Origin: a virus
Lineage: Duplodnaviria; Caudoviricetes
Direction: 5' to 3' (one strand)
DNA length: 60,283 nucleotides
Virus record (IMG/VR): IMGVR_UViG_3300015360_000004
Location: 1 to 60,283 of that record
Shown here: one piece after another, positions 37,863 through 47,500 of the stretch
Position numbering within the stretch: the first letter of the stretch is position 1
Layout: each line of letters opens with the position of its first letter
Notes under the pieces: model-generated
Told to the model about the DNA's origin: nothing
What the model saw: only the letters and a program-made list of their open reading frames with translations
Databases searched by the model: none
Program-made: the position numbers and the translations under genes

Positions 37863-39061
37863 TTATGGACGTATATCGGCATGACCTTCGTCTTCCGAGT
37901 TTCTTTCTTGTCCAGGAGGAACATCGTCTGCTGAGGAGGCTCCGGAGAGGCGCCGATGCTTTCGGCATAGGGATTGTACCCAATCATGCTGCCGTTCACC
38001 AGAAACTTCCCACCATCGAACATCTGGTGGAAGTGGCCTATGCAGTCATAGTGTGCATGACGCGCCTCGTTCCACTTGGCGATTTTCTTGTTCATCGGTA
38101 CGGTGAGACCTCCCACTCCGCCGTTGAACTGGACGTTGTCTCCATGGTGGAACCTGAGCCGGATGCCGAAGACCTGCACGTAATTCAGGTAGGCCTTCGT
38201 CAACTTGAATGTCACCCTCTTTTCATCACGGAACTCATCTGCCAAAATGAGGTAAAGCAGAAACTCGAAACTGTTATCCGCGTAAGTGGATACCCGGCGC
38301 TTGAGAGTGGTGCGACCGTGGTTACCTTGGCTGCACGGGATGGTTATTGCGTATGGTGACTCCTTCAAGAGGAATCGTATCCCGCCCGAGATGTACTTCT
38401 TCGCCTGCCAAATTGCCTCGACCGGCGACAGGTAATTGGTCTCCTGAAGCTCTTCGTGTATGTACCCTGTGATAAGGTCTCCACCCAGCCAAAGAACGAT
38501 GTTCTTGATGCTGGTGAAATGGGCTTCCTGGTTGGTGAGGGTCAGGAGATTCTTGAAGAAGTTTCCCGCTCGGACGGCTGAAATCTCCAGGTTGTATTCG
38601 TTGTGTACGCCGCCAATCGTCCAAGGGTCTACGCGTTCCTCCACGTGCCAGTCGCTGGCAAGGGCGATTACCGCGGCCTCGCCGTTGCTGTCCGACCGAT
38701 TTGGCTTGATGATGAGCTCCTCGGTGAACTTCGACACGCTGTCGATGATTCGGTTCCGTGCCTTGCAGTTGAGCAGCTCTTTCTCAGCTTGCTGATACTT
38801 CTCCTTCGCGAGCTTAAGGCTATCGACCAAAGTCCTGACTCGGCGGTCAGTCTCGACTGCGGCCTCGGTTGATACCGGCTGCGGGGTTGACTGGGACGCC
38901 GACTGCGGTTGTCCCAGGCGAATCGCCCCCTCTTTCAGCCGATTATAAAACGTGCCTGCGGGGATTCCCAATGCAGCCGCGGCTTTGACCTTGCTCCCGT
39001 GCTTCTGGAGGGCGTCGACGGCCTCCTTGCACTGCTGGTCGGTTAGCTTTGGATTAGCCAC
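37859..39061 (-). CDS. HTH / coiled-coil / metallophosphoesterase protein
   Basis: N-terminal AAAALGIPAGTFYNRL; SDWH, GGDLI, GNHGR, HHGD, GHFH. Confidence 0.85.
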   Translation of the reverse strand: MANPKLTDQQCKEAVDALQKHGSKVKAAAALGIPAGTFYNRLKEGAIRLGQPQSASQSTPQPVSTEAAVETDRRVRTLVDSLKLAKEKYQQAEKELLNCKARNRIIDSVSKFTEELIIKPNRSDSNGEAAVIALASDWHVEERVDPWTIGGVHNEYNLEISAVRAGNFFKNLLTLTNQEAHFTSIKNIVLWLGGDLITGYIHEELQETNYLSPVEAIWQAKKYISGGIRFLLKESPYAITIPCSQGNHGRTTLKRRVSTYADNSFEFLLYLILADEFRDEKRVTFKLTKAYLNYVQVFGIRLRFHHGDNVQFNGGVGGLTVPMNKKIAKWNEARHAHYDCIGHFHQMFDGGKFLVNGSMIGYNPYAESIGASPEPPQQTMFLLDKKETRKTKVMPIYVHK

Positions 39062-39224
39062 GCTTTAGGGCCTCTTCGTCGGGAGCTACCATCTTCTTGT
39101 ACTTGTCGTAGTCGGCCAAGGTGCCGCGCACCTTCGCCTTGGGAGCGAATGCTTCTACGAACACCCTCCCCTCTTCGGTCTTCAAATCCTTCTTTAGGTC
39201 GTCCAGCTCTTTCAATCCGTCCAT
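39054..39224 (-). CDS. Hypothetical protein
   Basis: GAGGAGG RBS before MDGLKELDDL. Confidence 0.55.
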   Translation of the reverse strand: MDGLKELDDLKKDLKTEEGRVFVEAFAPKAKVRGTLADYDKYKKMVAPDEEALKRG

Positions 39225-39247
39225 AGAGTCCTCCTCGTCTTGGTTTA

Positions 39248-39709
39248 TCAAAGTCTTCCCTGCGCCCAGAACCCTATGGCCACCGCGTCCAGCGCGTGGC
39301 TGGCCTGCTTGTCCATTGGCTTCCAGAACCTGAACATCCACTCGAAAATCTTCTCTTTCGGAACCTGCCCCTTCCACTGCATCACGGAGACGAGGTTGAC
39401 TGGGACCTTCAGCTCCCAGAATATCTGCTCCGTTCTCCCGATGAACTTCGCCAGCTTGACCAGGTCTCCGGTCCTTGCGGCAATCTGTCCCTTTTCGCTT
39501 GACTGCATGAAGGCGCAGTCCTCGCACCAGACCTCCGCGACGTTGTTGGATATCGCCAACTCGCGCAGGTAGTCGAAGTACTCACCGCGCTCCTTGAAGC
39601 GCTTGGTCTTGTACCAGAGCGGCTCCGCCTTCTTCTTCTTGAACTCGAAGTAATCCCAGGCGCAGAGGCCTAGCCCAACGCCTGGGTCTATGGTAAGGAC
39701 CGTCTTCAC
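39248..39709 (-). CDS. RuvC-like Holliday junction resolvase
   Basis: LTIDPG, WCED, QWKG...K, HALDAVAIG. Confidence 0.85.
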   Translation of the reverse strand: MKTVLTIDPGVGLGLCAWDYFEFKKKKAEPLWYKTKRFKERGEYFDYLRELAISNNVAEVWCEDCAFMQSSEKGQIAARTGDLVKLAKFIGRTEQIFWELKVPVNLVSVMQWKGQVPKEKIFEWMFRFWKPMDKQASHALDAVAIGFWAQGRL

Positions 39710-41163
39710 TTGACCGCGGCTTTCTGGAAAAGAGTCTGCTTGCGCTTGGCGATATTCGCCAAAAGTCTGCTCATGAACATCTGCGAGTTTTCTCCCTTGT
39801 AGTTCAAGGCGTCCAGGACATCCTCATCCGTGGAGCCCTTTGTCTTAAGGTCGATGATTAGGAGCGGCTTTTTCTTGAACTGCGAGACGATTCGGTCCTC
39901 ACTCTGCGCCCTAGGGTCTCCCCCGTATTCGTTGGAGAAGTAGACCGCCGTGTCCGCGGCCGACCAGTCCGTCCCCTGCTTCATGGACTTGATGGTCGCT
40001 ACGGCGACCTTGAACTTGCCCGCCATAAACCGACGGCGAATCTCCTCGCGCTCGTCACGGTCGACCGAGCCACGAACTCCTTCGCAGGAGATGCCGGCCT
40101 CGCGGATGACCCTGAGCAGTTCCGTCCATTCGTGCTTGAACCTGCACCAGACCAGGACCTGCTCGCCCTTGAGTTCGCCCGTCAGCAGGTAAACCAGCTC
40201 CTTGAACTTCGCCCGCGACAGCCATGGGTCAACCCCGACCGGCGGCTCCTTGTCTACGTCCTCGCCATACGCGGGGTGGTACCCACCGGCAATCTTGTTG
40301 AGCCAGCCTGCCTGGGTAACCGCGTACTTTGTCTGGTGGCCATCGTACTCAAAGCCCTTCAAGACTTCCTTGTGCGCCTTCCTTTGGGCCTCGGACATCT
40401 CTACGTCGCGAACCTGGTAGAACTTCTTGGAGCCAACGCCTGCCTGTGCGCGTGTCCTAATGAAAGCGTTCGCGTGGACAAAGTGGTATATCTCGGCCTT
40501 TGTCCCGGGTTTCGGAATCCATCCGTACCCGGCCTGTACGTACTTGGCCAGCCTGAAGGACCAGAAATTCCGAAAGCCCATGAATGTCTTCTGGACAAAG
40601 AGAAACTGGGGCACGAACTGCAGCTCGCTCTCGGGGCAAGGCATTCCGCAAAGCTCGTACTTGAATTCGAACCTGGCGAAGTGGTTTACCAGGTAGCGGG
40701 TGGTCGACGAGCCGGGGTTACCAAGCCGAACCGACTCATCGATTACCACCGCGCCCCAGTTGTAGTGGTGCAGTTCAAGGCCTTTCCTCGTGACCTTGAC
40801 TGAACCCGTCTCCTTGTCCTTCCTCCTGGAAGGAACGGCTGACTCGAAGTTGACGACGTACCAGTCGGCCTCGGCCGCCATCCTTGCCTCCTTGCGGGTG
40901 CGGGTGCCCTCGACCACAAGGACAGAACGCTCTCCTTCGGCCGCGAGCTCATTCAGCCAGGTGGAGATAACCGAGTTAGGGCAGATGATGAGGTATGGCC
41001 GCTTGATTCCACTCTGCTTCAGGAAGCGAATCATCGCCAGGGTCTTCCCCAGTCTCATTTCGAGAAAGAGAAAGCCGCCGAGGCCAATGGCCATGCGGTC
41101 ATTCAGGTACTGAACGGCCTCGCGCTGCAACGGCATGAGCGGTCGACGGTGGATGGTCTGCAT
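39706..41163 (-). CDS. SNF2-like helicase
   Basis: EMRLGKT, IDESV (variant DExH), QSEDRI. Confidence 0.9.
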   Translation of the reverse strand: MQTIHRRPLMPLQREAVQYLNDRMAIGLGGFLFLEMRLGKTLAMIRFLKQSGIKRPYLIICPNSVISTWLNELAAEGERSVLVVEGTRTRKEARMAAEADWYVVNFESAVPSRRKDKETGSVKVTRKGLELHHYNWGAVVIDESVRLGNPGSSTTRYLVNHFARFEFKYELCGMPCPESELQFVPQFLFVQKTFMGFRNFWSFRLAKYVQAGYGWIPKPGTKAEIYHFVHANAFIRTRAQAGVGSKKFYQVRDVEMSEAQRKAHKEVLKGFEYDGHQTKYAVTQAGWLNKIAGGYHPAYGEDVDKEPPVGVDPWLSRAKFKELVYLLTGELKGEQVLVWCRFKHEWTELLRVIREAGISCEGVRGSVDRDEREEIRRRFMAGKFKVAVATIKSMKQGTDWSAADTAVYFSNEYGGDPRAQSEDRIVSQFKKKPLLIIDLKTKGSTDEDVLDALNYKGENSQMFMSRLLANIAKRKQTLFQKAAVK

Positions 41164-41169
41164 AATCCA

Positions 41170-41241
41170 ATTATGGCGCGAGAGCCAAATGGATGGTGCA
41201 GAATAAGGCGAGTAATCAAATGATTATAATATTTCCATCAT
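41170..41241 (-). promoter_or_regulatory. Leaderless promoter of the replication operon with a tandem site pair
   Basis: CGCGC-CATAAT-6 nt-ATG; sites at 41212-27 and 41226-41. Confidence 0.65.
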
Positions 41242-41246
41242 GTCAC

Positions 41247-41349
41247 ACTCTTCCGCTCTTTACAAAGTGTGTACTGACTATTTTTTATGATAGTAATATT
41301 ATTATTATAAGAAATAAGCATATGCACACTTTGTAAAGAGTGGAAGAGT
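41247..41349. repeat. Long AT-rich imperfect palindrome B
   Basis: actcttccgctctttacaaagtgtgta...tgcacactttgtaaagagtggaagagt, centred on taat|atta. Confidence 0.92.
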
Positions 41350-41366
41350 TGCTCATTCTGGCCCAT

Positions 41367-41406
41367 AAACGAGAAGAGGCTCGATGGTTTTACCCACCGA
41401 GCCTCT
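41367..41406 (-). terminator. Terminator ending the structural operon
   Basis: AGAGGCTCGGTGG...CCATCGAGCCTCT then TCTCGTTT. Confidence 0.75.
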
Positions 41407-41429
41407 TTACCTGAGAATAAATTCGGTTA

Positions 41430-41894
41430 CTACTTCGCTTCCTTCTCCTCGTCCAGGTGCTCACCATCGTCGGCCGGCCATACGACCTCGATGACATCCG
41501 AGACGAGGGCGGCGTTGATGGAGGGAAGTTTGTGCGACTTGCGGCGCACAATCTTGACGGGTTCGGTAATGGGAAGCTCGAATTCGGTTTCCGCCAATTC
41601 CTGTATATAAGCGTCGTACTCCTTCAGCTTCTCGACATCGAGGTCCCTCAAGGAATAGGCGCCCATCTTGGGGTCCAGCTTCCCGAATCGACGGGTTGCC
41701 TTTTCCCTCAGCGCCTGGTACTCCTCACCCGCGCCCATGATTACCTTCAGCATGCGGAACAAAGCCGCGTCCTGCTTACCCCCGAAAGACTGGTTGCAGA
41801 TTTCATTGAGAGATGCCAGGAATTGGCTTCCGGGTCCCATCATCTTGTACTTCAGCTTGATTTTCTCGGCCATATTCTCCTCCTCTGGCGGCAT
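41430..41894 (-). CDS. Hypothetical protein with its own promoter
   Basis: GGCGA-TATAAT at 41908-18; palindromic sites at 41941-62. Confidence 0.7.
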   Translation of the reverse strand: MPPEEENMAEKIKLKYKMMGPGSQFLASLNEICNQSFGGKQDAALFRMLKVIMGAGEEYQALREKATRRFGKLDPKMGAYSLRDLDVEKLKEYDAYIQELAETEFELPITEPVKIVRRKSHKLPSINAALVSDVIEVVWPADDGEHLDEEKEAK

Positions 41895-41973
41895 GCGCCA
41901 ATAAAGGATTATATCGCCGATGTAGCAGGAAGGGAGCGCCGCGATAGTAATATTGCTATCGCGGCCTTAGCCC

Positions 41974-42240
41974 TTATCTAACGGCGAGGAAGACTGCGAT
42001 TGCCGCCTTCGCCTCCTCGGTCCATTCATGGCTCTCTGAGACCTCCGCGCCGGCTTCACCGAAGTACAGCGTATAGGAGTCTTCTGAGACATGGACTCGG
42101 TGCAGAATTCGGCTCTTGACTATGAAGTCTCCCCGGTCTATAGGGTCCGGAAGAACTTGCCTGCGTTCGGCCTTGACCTGCTCCTTCACCGGAACTTCGG
42201 GCTCGGTGGCCGGAATTTCTGAAATTGTCTGCTTTGCCAT
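41974..42240 (-). CDS. Hypothetical protein (possible fibre chaperone)
   Basis: AAGGAG RBS, directly after the fibre gene. Confidence 0.65.
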   Translation of the reverse strand: MAKQTISEIPATEPEVPVKEQVKAERRQVLPDPIDRGDFIVKSRILHRVHVSEDSYTLYFGEAGAEVSESHEWTEEAKAAIAVFLAVR

Positions 42241-42267
42241 GATTTACTCCTTGATTGTTTTAAGAGA

Positions 42268-44526
42268 TTACCAAAAAGGCATGTACCGGTCGGTACCGTT
42301 GATGTCGATTCGCATCCAGCCCTGAGGATTACCCGCGGTAGAGCCCGTCGGCCCGACGGAGCCGAGGGTCGTCGCGACGGCTGCGTTTGCTGTTGCATTG
42401 ACGATGCGGAGGGTCTTGCCCGTGGCACCATCAATGGTCAACCGCTTCGCCACGCCGATACCGCCGTTGACGATAAGTGCGCCGGTGCCTAGGCTGGTTG
42501 AATCGGTGGTGGTTGCAGCGGTTACAATTCCGGAGGGAGAAACTTCAAGCCCTAGAGTTTGCACCTCGTTATTTGAACCATAAAGTCCAATCTTAGAGGT
42601 CCGAATAGTGGTGGTTGGGTCCACGCAAGTAAACCGGATGGTGCCGCCGTCGATATTAGCCCCTACGGTATTCCTGTGGCGGGAGAGGATGAACATATAA
42701 CTGCTCGCTGCCCCGGTGGACTCGCCAGTCTGGAGCCGGAAAACCTCGGCGGAAGCGGAATTGGCTCCCGCGACAGCCAGGGGGGCCGAAGCGCCAGAGG
42801 CGTTTGTGCCAATGCCGACGTTGCCGGTTACGGATAAAGCAACTGGGACTGTGACTAAGGTACTAGACGCGGAAAAGATTTCCGTAAAGCCGCCCGCATA
42901 CAGCTTAAGAAGGGCGGAAGCGTTGTTTGGCCCAATGTGCATCACATTCCCGGAATAATTCCAGCGTATGAGCGCCCCAAGATTGGCCGACGGGCTTCCG
43001 AAGTAGATGTTCGCCTGATTCGCGTCCGGGCTTAGTATGGATATGCCGTGATTTCCGGCACCTTCGATGACAACGGTGTCCCCGCTGGTATTTGCCGTCA
43101 CAGAACCAGCATCAGCGCCAGCATCAAAAACGTGAATTTGCCCTTCGGTTCTGGCTAATCCAAACCCTACCGCCCCGGTAAGAAGCGTGATTCCGGTGAC
43201 CGCCAGGGTCGAGGCCATGGTGACAGCCCCAGTAAAGGCTGCGACCTTCGTCTCGTTGATGGAGAGCGCGAGCAAGGCGTTTCCCGTATAAAACGAGATA
43301 ATGCCGCCCGCCGCATTTCCGGCGACGAGATTTAAGGCGCCGGCGGACCCGTTCTCATTCCCCCGGAGGTCTATATAGGCGCCGCGATTGACGTCGCCAT
43401 TCGTCCCACCTGCTCCGGTAATCGTAAGCCGACCATTGTCCGAGCCGTCGACGGTGTTGAAGTTGATATTTGCCGTGGCAGCGGTGAAAGTCGCGCCTAC
43501 CGCTAGAGAGAGGAGCCCGGTGACCGCCAGGGTCGAGGCCATGGTGACAGCATCCCCGAGGGTAACAAGTCCTGTACCCGTCCGGATTGCGTAGTTTGTG
43601 CTGCCGCCCGACTGATTGGCAATATCCAGGCCGCAAAGGGTTGTAACCGCAGAGCCGGCGCCGATGTTTGGAGATGCGATTCGTATTCCCGCGCCATTGA
43701 CCATGGTGAATGACGTGGCTTGCGTCCTTAACTGCGCGTTGACGCTTCTCCCCGCCGTCGTCGCTCCAGATTGGATAACTGGAGAGGCGTCGATTCCGTT
43801 TTGCGTGGTGCCGGAAAGTCCAGCTGTACCAGCCAGGTAGAGCCACGTATCGGCCGATGTGGAGCCGCCGACCCCGACGATACCCGAAAAGGTCGAGGTA
43901 CCCGTAACGGCCAAGGTCGAGGACGCAATCATCGTCCCGGAGAAGGTGTAGTTACCCGCTATTGTCGTAGCGTTTCCCAGGAGGCCAGCGGACGTCGCCG
44001 TGACCAGCCGGGTGCCGGTGCCGACAAGAACGGTATTCGTGGTATTGCCGGTAACTACCAGAGTTCCACCCACGGCCGTATCCCCTGCGGCGCTGATAGA
44101 GAAAACTTCCGCCGCAGCCGATGTCTCGGCTACGAACAGTTTCACCGTCTGTGAGGCGTTCCCACGAACGACCAAACCAATGAAGTCGCCGGTAGGCTGA
44201 ATCCTATTCCGGGTCGAGGAGGCCGGAAACAGGGCCACACCACTACCGGCGACCGAGGTGTTCATTTCTATGAGGAGGTCTTCGAGGTTCGTGGAGACAT
44301 ACCCGCCGAAGGAGGGTACGCCGATTATCGAGGCGCCGGAATCCCCGCTGGTGGTGTCATCCAGCCTTTCACGGGAAGGAAAGTGCCGATAGGCGCCCGC
44401 TTGCGTTTTGACCGTCAGCTCCTGGTAGCCGGCCTCGTCGGTATATCCTGGTTCCCTGGTGGCGAGGGAGGCCTCCAACAATGCGTTGGTGGTCTCTTCT
44501 CGCATCTGATAGAGTATCTTGGCCAT
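42268..44526 (-). CDS. Tail fibre / receptor-binding protein
   Basis: 752 aa, G/T/S/A-rich repeats (STLAVTG), TGALIVNGGIGVAK motif, C-terminal WMRIDINGTDRYMPFW. Confidence 0.85.
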   Translation of the reverse strand: MAKILYQMREETTNALLEASLATREPGYTDEAGYQELTVKTQAGAYRHFPSRERLDDTTSGDSGASIIGVPSFGGYVSTNLEDLLIEMNTSVAGSGVALFPASSTRNRIQPTGDFIGLVVRGNASQTVKLFVAETSAAAEVFSISAAGDTAVGGTLVVTGNTTNTVLVGTGTRLVTATSAGLLGNATTIAGNYTFSGTMIASSTLAVTGTSTFSGIVGVGGSTSADTWLYLAGTAGLSGTTQNGIDASPVIQSGATTAGRSVNAQLRTQATSFTMVNGAGIRIASPNIGAGSAVTTLCGLDIANQSGGSTNYAIRTGTGLVTLGDAVTMASTLAVTGLLSLAVGATFTAATANINFNTVDGSDNGRLTITGAGGTNGDVNRGAYIDLRGNENGSAGALNLVAGNAAGGIISFYTGNALLALSINETKVAAFTGAVTMASTLAVTGITLLTGAVGFGLARTEGQIHVFDAGADAGSVTANTSGDTVVIEGAGNHGISILSPDANQANIYFGSPSANLGALIRWNYSGNVMHIGPNNASALLKLYAGGFTEIFSASSTLVTVPVALSVTGNVGIGTNASGASAPLAVAGANSASAEVFRLQTGESTGAASSYMFILSRHRNTVGANIDGGTIRFTCVDPTTTIRTSKIGLYGSNNEVQTLGLEVSPSGIVTAATTTDSTSLGTGALIVNGGIGVAKRLTIDGATGKTLRIVNATANAAVATTLGSVGPTGSTAGNPQGWMRIDINGTDRYMPFW
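43193..43551. repeat. Exact 35-bp direct repeat inside the fibre gene (43193-43227 and 43517-43551)
   Basis: ccggtgaccgccagggtcgaggccatggtgacagc twice, 324 bp apart, in frame. Confidence 0.92.
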
Positions 44527-44528
44527 TG

Positions 44529-47500
44529 TTATCTCCCGTTTCCTGTTCCCTCCCCGTCGGCGTGTGAGCCGTCCGGGAAGTCGTAATCGCTGTTTACTCG
44601 CGTTCCAGGGCCACTCGCGTCGGCGTGGGTGCCCAATTCATTTGTAAGGCCATATGAGGTGTCCGGGAATACGTACTGCGCATTGGTGCGCGGACCGAAA
44701 CCGGCATCCCAGACATGGTCAATCTCGAATCCCGTCACGCCAGGAGGCAGCGGGATGTAGAGGGTAATTGTCGCAAGCCCGTCATAGAAGTCCGGCTGAA
44801 TCCCGATGACAAACCCGTATACCGTCGTATCGCCGGTATGAAAGGTCGTGCTCAACGAGACCTTGTCCATCAGCTTCAGCCGCCTGTCAACAGTGCCAGC
44901 CTCGTCCTGAAGGCCGTTGATGGACGTGTTGTGGATGACGTGTTTCATATGGGTCTTGAAGGAGAGCACCCAGGAGTTGTATACATTGAACCGGAGGTAC
45001 TTCGAAAGCAGCTGCTGCATCGCGACCTTGGGCTGAACGGCGCTGGCGTGGATGGTCGAGAGGTTTGGAAGGTCGCGCTCCACTTTCTCCCCGGTATTCG
45101 CGTTTACGTCGGTTGGCCGGTAAAACATCGGCATATCGATTGTCTTGGTCTGGTCAAACCCGGCCTCGTTCACCTTCCCGGCGACGGTGTAGAGCATGGT
45201 GGATACGCGGCACCGCTCCGCCAGGACATCCTCGTCTGCCCCATCCGGGGTGGAGACGACACCCGTCGTCGCGTCCAGGATTTGACGACCGTAGCCGGAG
45301 GCGATTTTCCGGTTGAGGGAAAGGTCCCAGCCGACCACCATCTCCTCGGTGAACCCGCCCTTGAAGGTCCCGGCGTCATCTGCGACTGGCTCATAATTGT
45401 ACCTGAGCTTAAACTTCTGGAAAACCTCGTTGGCCTTCCGGAAATCCGGCTTGGAGAGGGTGTTCTTGAGGATGTTGGAGTCATTGAACGCGAATACCGT
45501 GGGAACGTCCGGCTCCTCTATGTCCAAAGTCCTGAGGTAAAGTCCGTCGACCGGGGTGATGGTGAAGCACCCCCAGATGTTCCTGGCGAGCAGGAGCAGG
45601 AGCTCATTCACCGACATCGCGTTGTTCGTCTGCAGCCGCCATATCCAGGTGTCGCGGCCGCGCATCTCGTTTCCTATGTACGTCGGAACCGTACCCAGGG
45701 TCTTCTTGAGGATGTAGTTGGTGACGTGCTTGGCCTTCTCGACGATGAGCGCGGAGGCCGTGCCGGTCACGGCCGCGTCTTCCACTGTCACGCCTCCGTC
45801 AATTCTGGCGTACTGCGGCTTGGAGAGTCCTCCCTGAAACACCTTAGTGAACTCCAGGTAGTATGCGGACTTGTGCTGGGCGACCTCGGACCATGTCTGG
45901 CCGGGAGGGCCTCCGATGCCAAGCCTGTACCCCCACCGCGTATTGCCGGAATACTTCACGTCGACGGAGTCGTTGTTGGTAACGGCGAAGACTATGTAGT
46001 CTACCTCCTTCCACTCCTGGGCGTCATCCTCGAACAGGTAGTCGGGTATTTTCCAGAGGCTCTTGCCTGTGTAGAGGCCGGTGGAGGTGGGCGCCGAGCT
46101 GTCACTGTCATAGTTGGCGTCATTGCCGCCCTTGGAGGTCGGGAGGTTCAGGAAACGGGCGTACGCCCCCCATCCGGAGGCGTCTGGAATTGCGTGCGGC
46201 TGCATCGCCTCATACTGGGCGATGATGAACGACTTCCCGTCGCGGCGAATAGCCCGAGCCTGTATGATGAAGTTCACCGGCTCTTTTCTTGCTAGCGCCG
46301 ACATGCCTGTGTATGACCTGACGACGAAGTCCGCGAGTATGCGAACGTCCTTGGCCCCGGAGAGGTCCGGCAGCTTCTTATGGTCTATGGCCAGCGTCCA
46401 GGTGAACAGGGCGGAAGCCGGCAGAAATTGGCCGTTGAAAGGCTGCGTCGTACGCGAGACTATTCCCCAGCTGAGAAGCTGATTGAACTGATTTACATCC
46501 GTGTCGGTGACGGTCGTGTTCCTGGGAGTGACGGAGGAGTCTACGAGCTGCTTGAGGTCCCATGCCCCGTTGAGTTCGGCGTCCGTTCTCCTCCACCAGG
46601 TATCCGCCGTCGTCCCCAGCGTGTTATACTTGAATGCGACCTTGAATACGTAGGGTTGGTCATTGCTGAGTCCGGGGACCGTGTAGTACCCGGCGGTTGC
46701 GTCAGCGCCCGCGCGCGTCGCGATAAGCACGGAGCCATGATAAATCTTGACCTCGGAGAGGGTGGACGGAACCGCCCAGGCTAGATTGGCCGAGGAGTCG
46801 TCCCAAACACCGGCAAGTCCGTTCTGCCCGTTGGGGATGGCGACGCACTTCCCGCGGTTTGTCTCGATGTCCCCGATTCCCTTTCCGGCCGCGTTGACCA
46901 TGTAGACCACGTATTTGTATTCATAGTCGGTGTTCTGGTTAAGGCCGACGTTATCGACGAAGAAGTGCTGAGTTGGCGAGATGCCCGTAATGGTTCGGTC
47001 CAGCGTAACAGAGACGCTCTTGGACGTTGTGACGGACATGCTGGCGACCCCGGCAACCCCCACGCGGGTCTTGCCCTCGCGCTTCTTGTACCTGTACCGC
47101 TTAAGCGTGAATGTCGTAGCCTGGATGCTGGGGGTCCACAGGATGACGACCTGGTTCTGGGAGAACACGGCGCGGGCGTGCTGGTAGTCATCGCTCCAGA
47201 AAAGCTTGGCGAACGCCTTCTGCTCCGAGTCGCTGGCTGATTTGAAGTCCGAGGGGAGGTCATGCGGGGTGACCTTTATATCGGGGGACTGCGGCCCGGT
47301 CGGCGTGAACCCGAAATCATAGGTCCAGTACGTAGAGCTGAGCTCCCCAATCAGCCTGTACACCGCGCCCATGGCATTGGCCTGAAGGCTCACGGCGTGG
47401 TTGGATATGACATTCCCGACGTTGTCCACGTCCAGGAAATCAACGTCGACCGTTACCTGGTTGGCATCGGAGTCCGTCGGCCTGTAGATGTGGTCTGGCA

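Noticed and set aside
42268-44526. Diversity-generating retroelement or invertible fibre cassette
   Set aside because: No reverse transcriptase or invertase, and no adenine-variant TR/VR pair; the 35-bp repeat is exact and direct
44715-46295. Long plus-strand ORFs (also 1991-2866, 32786-33817, 50571-51764, 57005-58213)
   Set aside because: Antisense shadows of GC3-biased minus-strand genes with no recognisable motifs
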